The translations under genes were made by a program, and so were the position numbers. Shown one piece after another: positions 38,499 through 48,382 of a stretch of 64,000 nucleotides of DNA (position 1 is the first letter of the stretch; each line of letters starts with the position of its first letter). Origin of the DNA: Myxococcales bacterium. Its GTDB lineage: Bacteria > Myxococcota > Myxococcia > Myxococcales > JAKAPL01. Where the stretch lies: NCBI GenBank assembly GCA_021807105.1, contig JAKAPL010000001.1, positions 64,469 through 128,468 on the forward strand, written 5' to 3'. Below the pieces are notes generated by a model. That model made no database searches. It was not told the origin of the DNA and saw only the letters and a list, made by a program, of their open reading frames with translations.

Positions 38499-41418
38499 TG
38501 GTCGACTCGACGATCCGGCCGTCTTCCTGGGTGGTGACGATCGAGTACAGGGTGGGATCCTTGCAGAACTCGCGAATCTGCGGGGTCACGTGGCCGCAGT
38601 TGGGGTCCGGATCCTGCTGCGCGGCGAGCACCTGGCGGCACTCGCACTGCCCTGCCCAGACGCCGTTCGGGGCCGCGACCATCCGCTCGGGATGCTCCGC
38701 GAGCACCTGCTCCAGCGTCGCGCCAGGGTAGTCCGTGACGACCTGATTCAGGTAGCTCTTGAACGCCTCCGCGTTCTGGCAGTACGTGATCGCCGCGGGG
38801 TCGATGATCAGCCGGCCATTCTCTCGGTAGCGCGCGCAAGCCGGATCGCCGGCGAGGATCCGGTCACAGTGACAGAAGCCGTCGCGCAGGTAGGCGATGA
38901 GGGCATCCCGCAGCGAAACGGTGGTGAACGTCTTGTTCGTGTTGTTCTGGAGCACGTAGAAGCCGCTGCCGCCGTGGGCGATGTAGTCATTCACGCAGCC
39001 CTTGTACTCGGCGGAGAGGTTCAGATCCTCGCCGTTGACCTTGATGTCGTGGGCCGTCCAGGCGTAGCAGCTCCCCTGGACGCACTCGCAGCCCGTCCCG
39101 GAGGGCGAAGCGGCGGTCTCGTGGCCCGAGCAGGTCTGGCCGTACCAGGCGGCGCTCGGGCTGTCGGGGTAGACCTGCGGGGCGTTGACGCAATCGCTCG
39201 TCTGCCGGCACGAAGGCACACAGGGCTCCGGCCGGTCTCCGTTCGGCAGTCGCTCGTCACAAGAGGGGGCCATGTTATGGATCGACCGCCCGCAATCCTG
39301 GACGTACTGGAGCCCCGCCACCTGAGCCTCCGCCATGCAGCCACGCTGCGCGGAGACGTCGGTGGCGAAGTCGAGCAGATCCTGGATCTCGTGTCCGGAG
39401 AGGTACTGGATGGTGAGGAAGTCCTCGAACGGAAAAACGTTGAAGAGCTGCTCCAGCTCGATCGGACCCGCGTAGATGTTGTCGCGCAGGCCGAGGGTGT
39501 TGGTGAACGACCACTCGGCGTTGACGCCCGGGTAGGACCGCATCGACTCGGCCATCGCGTCGCCGAGCTGCGAGTCGACGCCCACGCTCCCCGCCAGGGT
39601 GGAGAACTGGGACAGGGTCGATTCTTCGCCCGATCCGTGGGAGAAGCGGAGGATCTCCGTCGGCGTGTACGCGAACGTCCGTGGCAGCTCGAACTCCTCG
39701 TTGGTCCCTTCGGTCCAGGGCTCGAGGAGCTGGAGGGTCTCGAGGTCCTCCTGCTGGGCGCACTCGGTCCGCGCCGAGGCGACGAGGGCCTGGTACTGGG
39801 AGAAGGTCGGAGAGTACGGGTCCCGCACCGGTCGCGGGTCGATGCACCAGAGCGAGTCGATGGGCAGCGGCGCGTACTGGTGGGCGACGATCTCCCCGCC
39901 GACCGCCTGCCGCATCTCATAGGTCTTCTCGTCCATCCCTCCGTCGGCGGCCTGGGCCGCGCCGCCCGGCGGCATCCGCACGACGAGGTCCAGCCTCCCC
40001 AGGTACTTGGCGAACGCGCCACTGTGCTGGATCAGGACCTGTCGCGGCTGGCCGTTCCAGGTATCGGTGTTGGGGACGGCGCCGAACACGTCGCTGCCGT
40101 CCCGGTTGCGATGGTACGTCCCGTCCGGCCAGATGCCGCCGCTGTAGCATCCCGACTGCTCTCCCTTCGGGTCCGTGTAATACGCGAGCGCGCTCAAGGG
40201 GCAGCAGACCGACGTCCCGCCGGGTCCGGCGACCGCGAGGTCCTCGTTCAAGCAGCTCCCGTCGGGCTTGCGTCGCTCGTCCGGGTCGGTGCGCAGCGCC
40301 CCCTCCTGCTTGACGACCATCTCGGTCAACACGGCGGTCGGGTTGAGCACGATGTGGATGTGCCCCCCCATGATGAGGTCGATGTTCTGCACCGGCGCGA
40401 TGAAGACGTTCACCCTCCGATTCGGGTTGAGCTTGGCCACGTCGACCGTGTCGTCCGCGGGGCAGGAGCCGTCGGAGAGAAGCTGCTCGCCAGGCTTGAG
40501 CTGACAGGAGTCGTCGTACTCGCTCTTGTTGCGGGGCGGCAGGACGTTGGCGATCATCCACGGGTTGTCGTTCGCGTCGCGGCAGCAGCCGCTCGCCTCG
40601 GTGCACTCGGGGTGCGCCGGATCGCAGGCGAGGAAGGGCTTCGCGCTCGAATACGGGTAGACATCGTTGTAGCCGGTCACCAGCGCCTGGTCCGCGGTGA
40701 GGCCCATGTGCGAGACGATGACGATCATGTCCGTCAAGGGCGCGATCACGCCGATCCACTGCCGGACGACCTCGTTCTCCTCCAGCGCGGTCGTCCCGAG
40801 GGCGTTGCCGCCCTGGAAGATGCTGGTCAGCGCGTCGAGGTTGCCGAGCCCGATGACGCCGACCCGCAGCCCCCGGACATTGACGATCGTGAACGGGCGC
40901 GTGATCTCCCCGAGCATCGTCTGGGTCGGGTCGCGCCAGTCCGCCCACTGGTAGTTGGCGATGATCAGCGGGTAGTCGACCCACATCTTCGCCTGCTCCG
41001 CGAAGTTCAAGGCGCCGTGATCGAACTCGTGGTTGCCGACCGTCGAGGCGTCGGGGTGCAGGAGCGACATGAACTGGAACTCGGCCGTCCCGTTGCCGGT
41101 GTTGAAGATGGGCGCCCCTTCGAAGCAGTCCCCGGAGTCGAGCAGGACCGACCGATCGGTCTTGGCCTTCTCTCGCAGGTAGAGGGCACGAAGCCGCGCC
41201 GCCCCGCCGTAAGGATAGGCCTCCGGAGAGAGTCCCAGGCCCCGGTCGGTGGTATCGACCGTGATGTCGTACGGCAGGAGGCGGGAGTGGATGTCCGCGG
41301 TATGGAAGACGGTCAACCGGACGTCCTGCCCCCAGAGGTCCGGCTGGGCCGAGGAGACCGTGCAGCCGGAGAGGACCGCCAAGAGCACCGGGATGAGCCT
41401 TCGACCTACCCGCTGCAT
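38488..41418 (-). CDS. Metallophosphatase / 5'-nucleotidase-family lipoprotein with large insertions (976 aa)
   Basis: Lipobox LAVLSGCT. Calcineurin-like motifs FHTADIHS, DSGDCFEG, GNHEFD, and later GGHIH. Start at MQRVGRR (41418). Confidence 0.85.
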   Translation of the reverse strand: MQRVGRRLIPVLLAVLSGCTVSSAQPDLWGQDVRLTVFHTADIHSRLLPYDITVDTTDRGLGLSPEAYPYGGAARLRALYLREKAKTDRSVLLDSGDCFEGAPIFNTGNGTAEFQFMSLLHPDASTVGNHEFDHGALNFAEQAKMWVDYPLIIANYQWADWRDPTQTMLGEITRPFTIVNVRGLRVGVIGLGNLDALTSIFQGGNALGTTALEENEVVRQWIGVIAPLTDMIVIVSHMGLTADQALVTGYNDVYPYSSAKPFLACDPAHPECTEASGCCRDANDNPWMIANVLPPRNKSEYDDSCQLKPGEQLLSDGSCPADDTVDVAKLNPNRRVNVFIAPVQNIDLIMGGHIHIVLNPTAVLTEMVVKQEGALRTDPDERRKPDGSCLNEDLAVAGPGGTSVCCPLSALAYYTDPKGEQSGCYSGGIWPDGTYHRNRDGSDVFGAVPNTDTWNGQPRQVLIQHSGAFAKYLGRLDLVVRMPPGGAAQAADGGMDEKTYEMRQAVGGEIVAHQYAPLPIDSLWCIDPRPVRDPYSPTFSQYQALVASARTECAQQEDLETLQLLEPWTEGTNEEFELPRTFAYTPTEILRFSHGSGEESTLSQFSTLAGSVGVDSQLGDAMAESMRSYPGVNAEWSFTNTLGLRDNIYAGPIELEQLFNVFPFEDFLTIQYLSGHEIQDLLDFATDVSAQRGCMAEAQVAGLQYVQDCGRSIHNMAPSCDERLPNGDRPEPCVPSCRQTSDCVNAPQVYPDSPSAAWYGQTCSGHETAASPSGTGCECVQGSCYAWTAHDIKVNGEDLNLSAEYKGCVNDYIAHGGSGFYVLQNNTNKTFTTVSLRDALIAYLRDGFCHCDRILAGDPACARYRENGRLIIDPAAITYCQNAEAFKSYLNQVVTDYPGATLEQVLAEHPERMVAAPNGVWAGQCECRQVLAAQQDPDPNCGHVTPQIREFCKDPTLYSIVTTQEDGRIVESTNAD

Positions 41419-41820
41419 GAAGACCTCGCCGCCGTCCCGCGTTTGGAGGAAATCGCCTGTCTGCCGTCCGTGGAGCGCGGCGATCCTTAGGCGATCGCGC
41501 GGCGGAGAGTCAAGGCGCGTCGCGCTGTCCTTAAGATTCGGAGTAGGCCGGGGGTGGGCTGCTGTCTGCCGAGCTCCATGGTTCATGACCTCGCGATCGT
41601 TCGACGCGAGAGGCGATCACGCGAGGCGCAGCGCCGCACGCGTTCGGCGCGAAACGGCGGCGGCCCCCCGCTCCCCCTCACCGCTGCCCGATGAACGCGC
41701 CTCCCTCGCAAAGAGCGCTCCATTCATCGACGCTGGAGTCATGTTCATCGCGGAGGATCGGCGCCTTTCTGGCTCCGGGTGGTCTGCCGGGCGCTCCACT
41801 CCCATCGGGACGGGGGCGCG

Positions 41821-42486
41821 TCAGAGCGGCACGTCGAGGATCGGATGGCTCCGCGCGCCGGGGAGGTCGTAGTGCCACCACTCCTTCCGGATCGTGATGA
41901 ACCCCTCGGCGCGCATCGCAGCCCGGAGCCGTTCGCGGTTTTCGAGCGCCTCCCGTGGGATGCCGCGCGTCGCGCCCTGTCGCGCCCGCGGGTCGAAACT
42001 ATCGAAGTCGGTGGGCATCAGCAGGGGCCTGCCGGAAGCGTCGGCGAGGGTAAGGTCCACGGCCGTGCCACGCTCGTGGTTCGACCCCGTCCTCGGGTCC
42101 GCCACCCAGCCCGGGTGGGGAAAGATCTTCCAGAGAGCCCGCTGCGCGGACGGCGGCCGGTAACAGTCCCAGACGAGGAGCCGCCGCCGCGATCGCACCA
42201 GCCGCGCCTGGACGCGGGCGAGCGCGGCCGCTGTCTCGGGCAGGAGGAGGCAGCGCCCCGCGGCGTACAGCGGGCGCCCGGTGATGTTGCGGGCGGTCGC
42301 GTAACGGATGTCGAGCCGCAGTCCGGGGACGACCCGGACCGCGTCCACGAGCGGCCGGGGGGCGCCCGACGCGAGCGCGATCGAGAGGACGGCGGCGACC
42401 ACCCGCGCATCGTACCCGCTGGCCCCAAGGAAAAGAAGGCAGCCGCGCCTGTTTTTCGACTTGACGGCTGGCTCGCGAAGGTCCAT
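41821..42486 (-). CDS. ddpX: D-alanyl-D-alanine dipeptidase (VanX/DdpX, peptidase M15D)
   Basis: LRLDIRYAT..N..G..LY, WDCYRP, SNHERGTAVDLTL, EWWHY. The start is uncertain (42486, 42522 or 42564). Confidence 0.82.
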   Translation of the reverse strand: MDLREPAVKSKNRRGCLLFLGASGYDARVVAAVLSIALASGAPRPLVDAVRVVPGLRLDIRYATARNITGRPLYAAGRCLLLPETAAALARVQARLVRSRRRLLVWDCYRPPSAQRALWKIFPHPGWVADPRTGSNHERGTAVDLTLADASGRPLLMPTDFDSFDPRARQGATRGIPREALENRERLRAAMRAEGFITIRKEWWHYDLPGARSHPILDVPL

Positions 42487-42597
42487 AACGGTCCGCGCGC
42501 GGGGCGATAAGGTTCGTCGCATCGTCGAGGCGAGGACCGAACGTCCAGGACGCGCGATGGTCAAACGTGTGGCCGAGAGGCCGATGGGAGGCAGGAC

Positions 42598-42885
42598 ATG
42601 ACGCAGGCTCAGTTCTTCACGGACGTGGCGGAGAAGGCGGAGATCAGCAAGGCGCAGGTGCGCGCGGTGTTCGCGGGCGTCGAGGAAGTGATCAAGAAGC
42701 AGCTCAAGTCGCAGGGCAAGATCCCGTTGGGCGGCCTCGGCTACGCGAAGCTCGTCGATCGCAAGGCGCGTGTGGGGCGAAACCCGCAGACGGGCGAGCC
42801 GGTGAAGATCCCGGCGAAGACGGTGATCAAGCTGAACCCGTCGAAGACGCTCAAGGACCTCTTCAACAAGAAGGGCAAGCGGTAA
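42598..42885 (+). CDS. hup: HU-family nucleoid-associated DNA-binding protein
   Basis: 95 aa ...GKIPLGGLGYAKLVDRKARVGRNPQTGEPVKIPAKTVIKLNPSKTLKD (beta-arm RNPQTGE.). GGGAGG lies upstream. Confidence 0.92.
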   Translation: MTQAQFFTDVAEKAEISKAQVRAVFAGVEEVIKKQLKSQGKIPLGGLGYAKLVDRKARVGRNPQTGEPVKIPAKTVIKLNPSKTLKDLFNKKGKR

Positions 42886-42907
42886 CCTTCGGGAACGAGC
42901 GAAGGAA

Positions 42908-42946
42908 AAGGCTGGTGCCCGCCCAGGGTGCCGGCCTTTTTATTTG
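42908..42946 (+). terminator. Rho-independent terminator of the HU gene
   Basis: GGCTGGTGCCC-GCCCA-GGGTGCCGGCC stem (with G:U pairs) followed by TTTTTATTT. Confidence 0.6.
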
Positions 42947-43211
42947 TGCGGGCAGCGTGAAGAGGCGATCGATTCGGGCCCGCCTGCTTCGTCCCGTCAA
43001 CTCGGCATACGGACGAGCTACCCCATGTGTCTTGAGGCGACCGCTCGATTCCTGGAGCCGCTCCCCTCCCCGCTCCCGAGGCCCCGATTCCAAGCGGAGG
43101 GTCTCTGCGCGATCTCCTTCGAGCGTCCCGGACCACGGGTATCGGGAGCGGGTTTCATTAACGACGCGGGGCGGGGGGGCGAAAAGTGGGTCAGCTCTAC
43201 TTGTGGCCGCC

Positions 43212-43242
43212 TTGACAGGCAACGGGCCTTCCCCGTTATACG
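43212..43242 (+). promoter_or_regulatory. Candidate sigma70-like promoter giving a leaderless hddA mRNA
   Basis: TTGACA at 43212-43217 and an AT-rich GTTATACG at 43235-43242. The ATG at 43249 lies about 7 nt downstream, and there is no Shine-Dalgarno sequence. Confidence 0.3.
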
Positions 43243-43248
43243 GCGGCC

Positions 43249-44244
43249 ATGATCGTCACCAAGGCACCGCTCCGGATCTCGCTCGGCGGAGGCGGGACCG
43301 ACCTGCCGTCGTACTACCGGCGGTTCGGATCGACCTTCCTGTCCGCGGCGATCGACCGGTACGTCTACCTGTCGGTCCATCGGAACTTCGGCGACGAATT
43401 CATCGTCAAGTACTCCGAGGTCGAGCGGGCGAAGGACCGCGAGGGGATCCGCCACCCGATCGTCCGCGAGTGTCTGAAGCTCGTGGGCCACGAGGCGCCG
43501 CTGGAGATCGCGAGCTTCGCGGACATCCCGGCGGGCACCGGGCTGGGCTCGTCCGGCGCGTTCACCGTGGCGTTGCTCAAGGCGCTCTACGCGGAAGCGC
43601 GCCGGGTGCACACCTGCTTCTCGCTGGCCGAGGACGCCTGCGGAATCGAGATGGAGAAGCTCGCGCAGCCCGTCGGCAAGCAAGACCCCTACGCTGCCGC
43701 GGTCGGAGGGATCCAGCGCTTCGACATCGATCGGGAGGGTCGGGTGACGGCGACGCCGGTGCCGATGAGCCCCGCGACGCGCGTCGAGCTGGAGGAGGGG
43801 CTCTTGCTCTTCTTCACCGGCGTCTCCCGCAAGGCGAGCGAGGTGCTGAGCCACCAGGACGAGGAGACGCGCAAGGCCAGCGAGGGTGGCGGCGGACAGG
43901 AGATGCTCGAGAACCTCCACCGGACCCGGGAGCTCGGGGAGGAGAGCTACAAGGCGCTCTGCTCGGGGGACCTCGCCGGCTTCGCCCACCTGATGAGCGC
44001 GCAATGGGAGCAGAAGCGACGCCGCTCGCCGGGCTCGACGCGACCGGAGATCGACCGGGCGTACGAACTGGCGCTCGGCAGCGGCGCCCTCGGCGGCAAG
44101 CTCATCGGCGCGGGCGGCGGCGGGTTCCTGATGTTCTTCGCGCAGGAGAAGAGAGCCCTGCGGAAGGCGATGACCGGGGCCGGGCTCTCCGAGGTCCGCT
44201 TCCGCTTCGACGATCTCGGCGCACAGGTGGTCGTGCAGGGGTGA
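43249..44244 (+). CDS. hddA: GHMP kinase, D-glycero-alpha-D-manno-heptose-7-phosphate kinase-like
   Basis: 331 aa. MIVTKAPLRISLGGGGTDLP.YY, GHMP motif PAGTGLGSSGA, C-terminal GGKL.GAGGGGF. Confidence 0.82.
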   Translation: MIVTKAPLRISLGGGGTDLPSYYRRFGSTFLSAAIDRYVYLSVHRNFGDEFIVKYSEVERAKDREGIRHPIVRECLKLVGHEAPLEIASFADIPAGTGLGSSGAFTVALLKALYAEARRVHTCFSLAEDACGIEMEKLAQPVGKQDPYAAAVGGIQRFDIDREGRVTATPVPMSPATRVELEEGLLLFFTGVSRKASEVLSHQDEETRKASEGGGGQEMLENLHRTRELGEESYKALCSGDLAGFAHLMSAQWEQKRRRSPGSTRPEIDRAYELALGSGALGGKLIGAGGGGFLMFFAQEKRALRKAMTGAGLSEVRFRFDDLGAQVVVQG

Positions 44245-44350
44245 CCACGCGAGATGCCGGGGAGGGGGAGTCGCGCGCCGGGCTTCGCCCCCTGGCGAAC
44301 CCATCCCTCCTCGCGACCCCCGCGGGGAAGGGCGTTAGCGAGCCCCCCCC

Positions 44351-45304
44351 ATGAACCTCTTCGTCACCGGTGGCGCTGGCTTCATCGGCAGCACCTTCTG
44401 CGATTCCGCTCTCTCCCGCGGCCACGCGGTCACCTGCTTCGACGACTTCTCGACCGGCAAGGAGCTGTTCCTCGCCGAAGCCGGCCGCAGCGATCGCTTC
44501 CGTCTCGTCCGCGCAGACATCCGCGACCTGCCCCAGATCCACGGCGCGATGGAGGCCGCCCGCCCCGACTGGGTCGCCCACTTCGCCGCGAACGCCGACG
44601 TGCGCCGCGGCACCGAGCGGACCCGGCGCGACCTCGAGATCAACACGATCGGCACTTGGACCGTCCTCGAGGCAATGCGGCTCGCCGGCGCGTCCCGGCT
44701 GCTCTTCACCTCGACCGGATCCGTCTATGGAGAGCCGGCCGTCTTCCCGACGCCCGAGGACGCGCCGTTCCCCGAGCAGACCTCGCTCTACGGGGCCTCC
44801 AAGCTCGCGGGGGAAGGCCTCGTCTCCGCGTACAGTCATGGCTTCGGCATGACCGGCGTCGTGTTCCGGCTCGTCTCGGTCCTGGGGCCACGCTACACGC
44901 ACGGCCACGTCTTCGACTTCGTCCGCGGACTGCGCCGCGACCCGACTCGACTGGACGTGCTGGGCGACGGGAACCAGACGAAGTCGTATCTGCACGTTCA
45001 GGACCTGATCGCGGGTTTCTGGACGGCGATCGAGCGGGCTCGGCCTGGCCCATCGGTCTACAACATCGGCCACGACGACACCCTGATCGTCCGGGAGAGC
45101 GTCCGGATCATCTGCGCGAAGCTCGGCGTTTCGCCCGACGTCGTCTATGGAGGGGGTACGCGAGGGTGGGTGGGCGACAGTCCACGGATCCAGCTCGACA
45201 CCCGGAAGATCCGTGCGCTCGGCTGGGCTCCGCGCCACGGCTTGCCCGAGGCCGTGTCCGATACCGTGGAGTACCTGCTTGCCAACCCCGAGCTGTTCGG
45301 GTAA
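44351..45304 (+). CDS. NAD-dependent nucleotide-sugar epimerase/dehydratase (extended SDR)
   Basis: VTGGAGFIGS Rossmann motif and YGASKLAGE catalytic YxxxK. Confidence 0.88.
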   Translation: MNLFVTGGAGFIGSTFCDSALSRGHAVTCFDDFSTGKELFLAEAGRSDRFRLVRADIRDLPQIHGAMEAARPDWVAHFAANADVRRGTERTRRDLEINTIGTWTVLEAMRLAGASRLLFTSTGSVYGEPAVFPTPEDAPFPEQTSLYGASKLAGEGLVSAYSHGFGMTGVVFRLVSVLGPRYTHGHVFDFVRGLRRDPTRLDVLGDGNQTKSYLHVQDLIAGFWTAIERARPGPSVYNIGHDDTLIVRESVRIICAKLGVSPDVVYGGGTRGWVGDSPRIQLDTRKIRALGWAPRHGLPEAVSDTVEYLLANPELFG

Positions 45305-45345
45305 GCAGTCGGGAGTCGAAATCGCACAGCCCATAAGGAGCTGCC

Positions 45346-46050
45346 ATGCAACCGCCGAAGATCAAGCTCTTCCTCGATTGCGCGGACATCAAGGCCATTC
45401 GCGATGCCGCCGAGCGCCCGGAGGTCGCGGGCGTCACGACCAATCCCACGCTCGCCCGCAAGGCGGGGGTCACGAGCTACATCGATTTTTGTCGCGAGGC
45501 GGTGACCTGCGGCAAGCCGATCTCGTTCGAGGTCATCTCGGACCAACCCCCGGCGATGCTGCGGGAGGCGAAGAAGCTCGCCTCGCTCGGCAAGAACGTC
45601 TACGTGAAGATCCCGGTCACCGATTGCGAGGGCGTCTCGAGCGCGGCGGTGATCCGCGAACTGTCGCAGGAGGGCGTCCAGGTCAATGCGACGGCGGTCT
45701 TCACCCTCGACCAGGTCTGGGCCGTGGGCAATGCCCTCCAGGGAGGGGCGCCGTCGGTCATCTCCGTCTTCGCCGGTCGGATCGCCGACGCCGGCGTCGA
45801 TCCGGTGCCGCTCGTCTCGGCGGCTTCGGTCGCGTGCCGGGCGTTCGGCCGATCGATCGAGCTGCTCTGGGCCTCCAGCCGCGAGCTCTACAACGTGGTC
45901 CAGGCCGAGCAGGCCGGCTGCGACATCATCACCATCACCCCGGATCTCTTCAAGAAGCTCGGCAGCCTTGGCAAGAGCCTCGACGCCTTCAGCCTGGACA
46001 CGGTCCGGATGTTCACGTCGGACGCCAAGGCGTCCGGGTTCTCGCTATGA
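45346..46050 (+). CDS. tal: Transaldolase / fructose-6-phosphate aldolase family (short type)
   Basis: 234 aa. KLFLDCAD, GVTTNPTL, VYVKIPVT (Schiff-base Lys), NATAVF. Confidence 0.88.
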   Translation: MQPPKIKLFLDCADIKAIRDAAERPEVAGVTTNPTLARKAGVTSYIDFCREAVTCGKPISFEVISDQPPAMLREAKKLASLGKNVYVKIPVTDCEGVSSAAVIRELSQEGVQVNATAVFTLDQVWAVGNALQGGAPSVISVFAGRIADAGVDPVPLVSAASVACRAFGRSIELLWASSRELYNVVQAEQAGCDIITITPDLFKKLGSLGKSLDAFSLDTVRMFTSDAKASGFSL

Positions 46051-46661
46051 GCTTCGCGAAGAGCTTCCTGCAGGAGGCCGCCGAGATCCTCGGCCAGATC
46101 GACGCCGAGGAGATCGAAGCGGTCGCCCGCGGCCTCGCCGCGGTTCGCGAGCGCGGTGGGCGGCTCTTCGTCCTCGGCGTGGGCGGTTCGGCGGGCCACG
46201 CCTCCCACTCGGTCTGCGATTTCCGCAAGCTCTGCGCCATCGAGGCGTACGCTCCGACGGACAACGCCTCGGAGCTGACGGCGCGGACGAACGACGAGGG
46301 TTGGCAGAGCGTCTTCACCGGCTGGCTCTCGGTCTCGCGCCTCTCCGCCCGCGACGCGCTGCTCGTCTTCTCGGTCGGCGGGGGCGACGCGAAGCGGGGG
46401 GTCTCCGCGAACCTGGTGCGCGCCATCGAGCTGGCCCGCTCGCTCGGGGCCCCGGTCTATGGCGTCGTCGGCCGCGACGGCGGTTTCACGAAGACGGCCG
46501 CGGCGGCCTGCGTCGTGATCCCACCCCGGTTCGCGGACCACGTCACCCCACACACCGAGGGGATCTGCGCGCTGATCTGGCATCTGCTCGTCAGCCATCC
46601 GCAACTCGCTCGGAACGCGACGCGCTGGGAGTCGCTCGCGCCGGCATCCGGCGCCGCATGA
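46047..46661 (+). CDS. gmhA: SIS-domain sedoheptulose-7-phosphate isomerase-like
   Basis: 204 aa. LFVLGVGGSAGHASH...D.. and LVFSVGGG. The ATG overlaps the transaldolase stop (ATGA). Confidence 0.8.
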   Translation: MSFAKSFLQEAAEILGQIDAEEIEAVARGLAAVRERGGRLFVLGVGGSAGHASHSVCDFRKLCAIEAYAPTDNASELTARTNDEGWQSVFTGWLSVSRLSARDALLVFSVGGGDAKRGVSANLVRAIELARSLGAPVYGVVGRDGGFTKTAAAACVVIPPRFADHVTPHTEGICALIWHLLVSHPQLARNATRWESLAPASGAA

Positions 46662-47854
46662 CCTGGGCCCACGCGGGCCGGCTCGCCGCCCTCCTCCAGC
46701 TCTGGGTCTTCCTCGGCGGCTACGTCTACGGCTTGCTCGCGATCCTCTGGCGCCGCTTCCGCCGGCCGGCCGTCCAGCAGGATCTCTCGCGGTTTCGCGT
46801 CTCCGCCCTGAAGCCGCTCCGCGGCCTCGACCCCGACCTCGAGAAGAACCTCCAGTCGTTCGCGGACATCCAGGGGCTCTCCGCCTTCGAGGTTCTCCTG
46901 CTCGTCGACGACGAGGGCGACGCCGCGCTCCCGATCGCCCGGTCCTTCGCCGAACGATGGCCCGAGCGCTTCCGGATCGTCGTGGGGACCACCCCGGGCT
47001 TCGCGAACCCCAAGGTCGCCTCGCTCGCCCACGGCCTCGCCCACGCCCGACACGACCTGCTCTGGATCAGCGATTCCAACGTCGAGACAGACGCCGGGGC
47101 GCTGCGTTCGCTGATCACGGCCTGGCGGGAGGCCCAGCCGCGCGGCCGCCGGCCGACCCTGATCCACGCGCCGCTCGTCGCCGTGCGGGGTCGTGGCCTC
47201 GGCGCCCGCTTCGAGCGACTCCAACTCGTCTCGTACAACAACGTCAACATCGAGCTCTGCCGGATCGCGAAGCAGGACGCGGTGGTGGGCAAGTCGCTCT
47301 TCTTGCACCGCGACGACCTCGCGGCGGTGGGAGGGCTCGAAGCGTTCGGGTCGAGCAGCGGCGAGGACTACCTGATGGGGCAGGCATTCCGGAAGATCGG
47401 GACCGTGCTCTGCGCCGCTCGCGCGACGCGCCAGGTGCTCGGCGAGGAGACCGCCCGCCAGTTCTTCGACCGGCAGCGGCGCTGGGGCGTCCTGCGCAAG
47501 AACATGTTCTGGCAGACCTTCCTCTTCCTCGAACCGTTCACCCTCCTGGGCGTCACGTTCGTCACGGCGGCCCTGGGACTCCTGCCCGGCTGGGCCCTCG
47601 CGCTCGGTCTCGGCGTCAAGATCGCGGGCGACGTGGCCCTCTTCGCCGCCTTCGCCGGCCAGCCGCCCCGCCTCCTGGACGTGCTCCTCCTTCCCTTCAA
47701 GGAAGTGGTGCTCCTCTCCTCCTGGGTCGCGGCGATCCCGACCCGGCAGGTCAACTGGCGCGGGCGGCAGATGCAGGTCGAGGCGGGGAGCGCTTACGCG
47801 CCCGGCAGCCAGAGCCCCGAGCTACCGTCCGAGGACGACGGCCAGTTCGCCTAA
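46658..47854 (+). CDS. Membrane glycosyltransferase, ceramide-glucosyltransferase-like (GT21/GT2)
   Basis: 398 aa. N-terminal TM, VLLLVDDEGD, ISDSN, GEDYLMG, (R/Q)xxRW motif RQRRW, C-terminal TM helices. The ATG overlaps the gmhA stop (ATGA). Confidence 0.78.
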   Translation: MTWAHAGRLAALLQLWVFLGGYVYGLLAILWRRFRRPAVQQDLSRFRVSALKPLRGLDPDLEKNLQSFADIQGLSAFEVLLLVDDEGDAALPIARSFAERWPERFRIVVGTTPGFANPKVASLAHGLAHARHDLLWISDSNVETDAGALRSLITAWREAQPRGRRPTLIHAPLVAVRGRGLGARFERLQLVSYNNVNIELCRIAKQDAVVGKSLFLHRDDLAAVGGLEAFGSSSGEDYLMGQAFRKIGTVLCAARATRQVLGEETARQFFDRQRRWGVLRKNMFWQTFLFLEPFTLLGVTFVTAALGLLPGWALALGLGVKIAGDVALFAAFAGQPPRLLDVLLLPFKEVVLLSSWVAAIPTRQVNWRGRQMQVEAGSAYAPGSQSPELPSEDDGQFA

Positions 47855-48382
47855 CGATTCCAGCCAGACATCGGGCGGCGACGCCTCCAGGATGCGGCAG
47901 GAATCACAGCGCTTCTTGCCGAGGAAGCCGGTGTGCAGGCCCGCCGCCCGGCCGGCCTCGACGTCCGTCACGCCGTCGCCGATCATCCACGAGAGGCGCC
48001 GATCGTAGCCGGGGTTGGCCGCCAGCGCCTGTTCGAGGAGGCCGGCCTTTGGCTTGCGGCAGGAGCAGCTGTCTTCCTGCCGGTGCAGGCAGAGATGGGA
48101 GCTCAGGATGCGGGCGCCCGCGCTCTGCGCCGCTGCGACGACGACGGCCTGGACGTCGTGGAGGTTGTCGAGCGTCGTCTTGCCCTTGGCGGCGGCCGGC
48201 TGGTTGGTGGCGATGGCGAGGCCGTAGCCGAGCGCCTGAATCCGGGCGAGCGCCTCGGCGATCCCGGGAATGATGACGACCTGGCTGGGGTGGAGCGGGC
48301 TGTCGATCGTCCCCTGCTCGGGATCCACGAGGTGACGGTTCAGGACGCCATCGCGATCGAGGATGACGAGTCCTCTAGGCAA
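47822..48382 (-). CDS. gmhB: D,D-heptose 1,7-bisphosphate phosphatase (HAD superfamily)
   Basis: LVILDRDGVLN (DxD nucleophile), ATNQ, Zn-binding C.H...D.C.CRKP, GDG..D. TTG start 48382 overlaps the hddC stop; the longer track ORF is rejected. Confidence 0.82.
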   Translation of the reverse strand: MPRGLVILDRDGVLNRHLVDPEQGTIDSPLHPSQVVIIPGIAEALARIQALGYGLAIATNQPAAAKGKTTLDNLHDVQAVVVAAAQSAGARILSSHLCLHRQEDSCSCRKPKAGLLEQALAANPGYDRRLSWMIGDGVTDVEAGRAAGLHTGFLGKKRCDSCRILEASPPDVWLESLGELAVVLGR

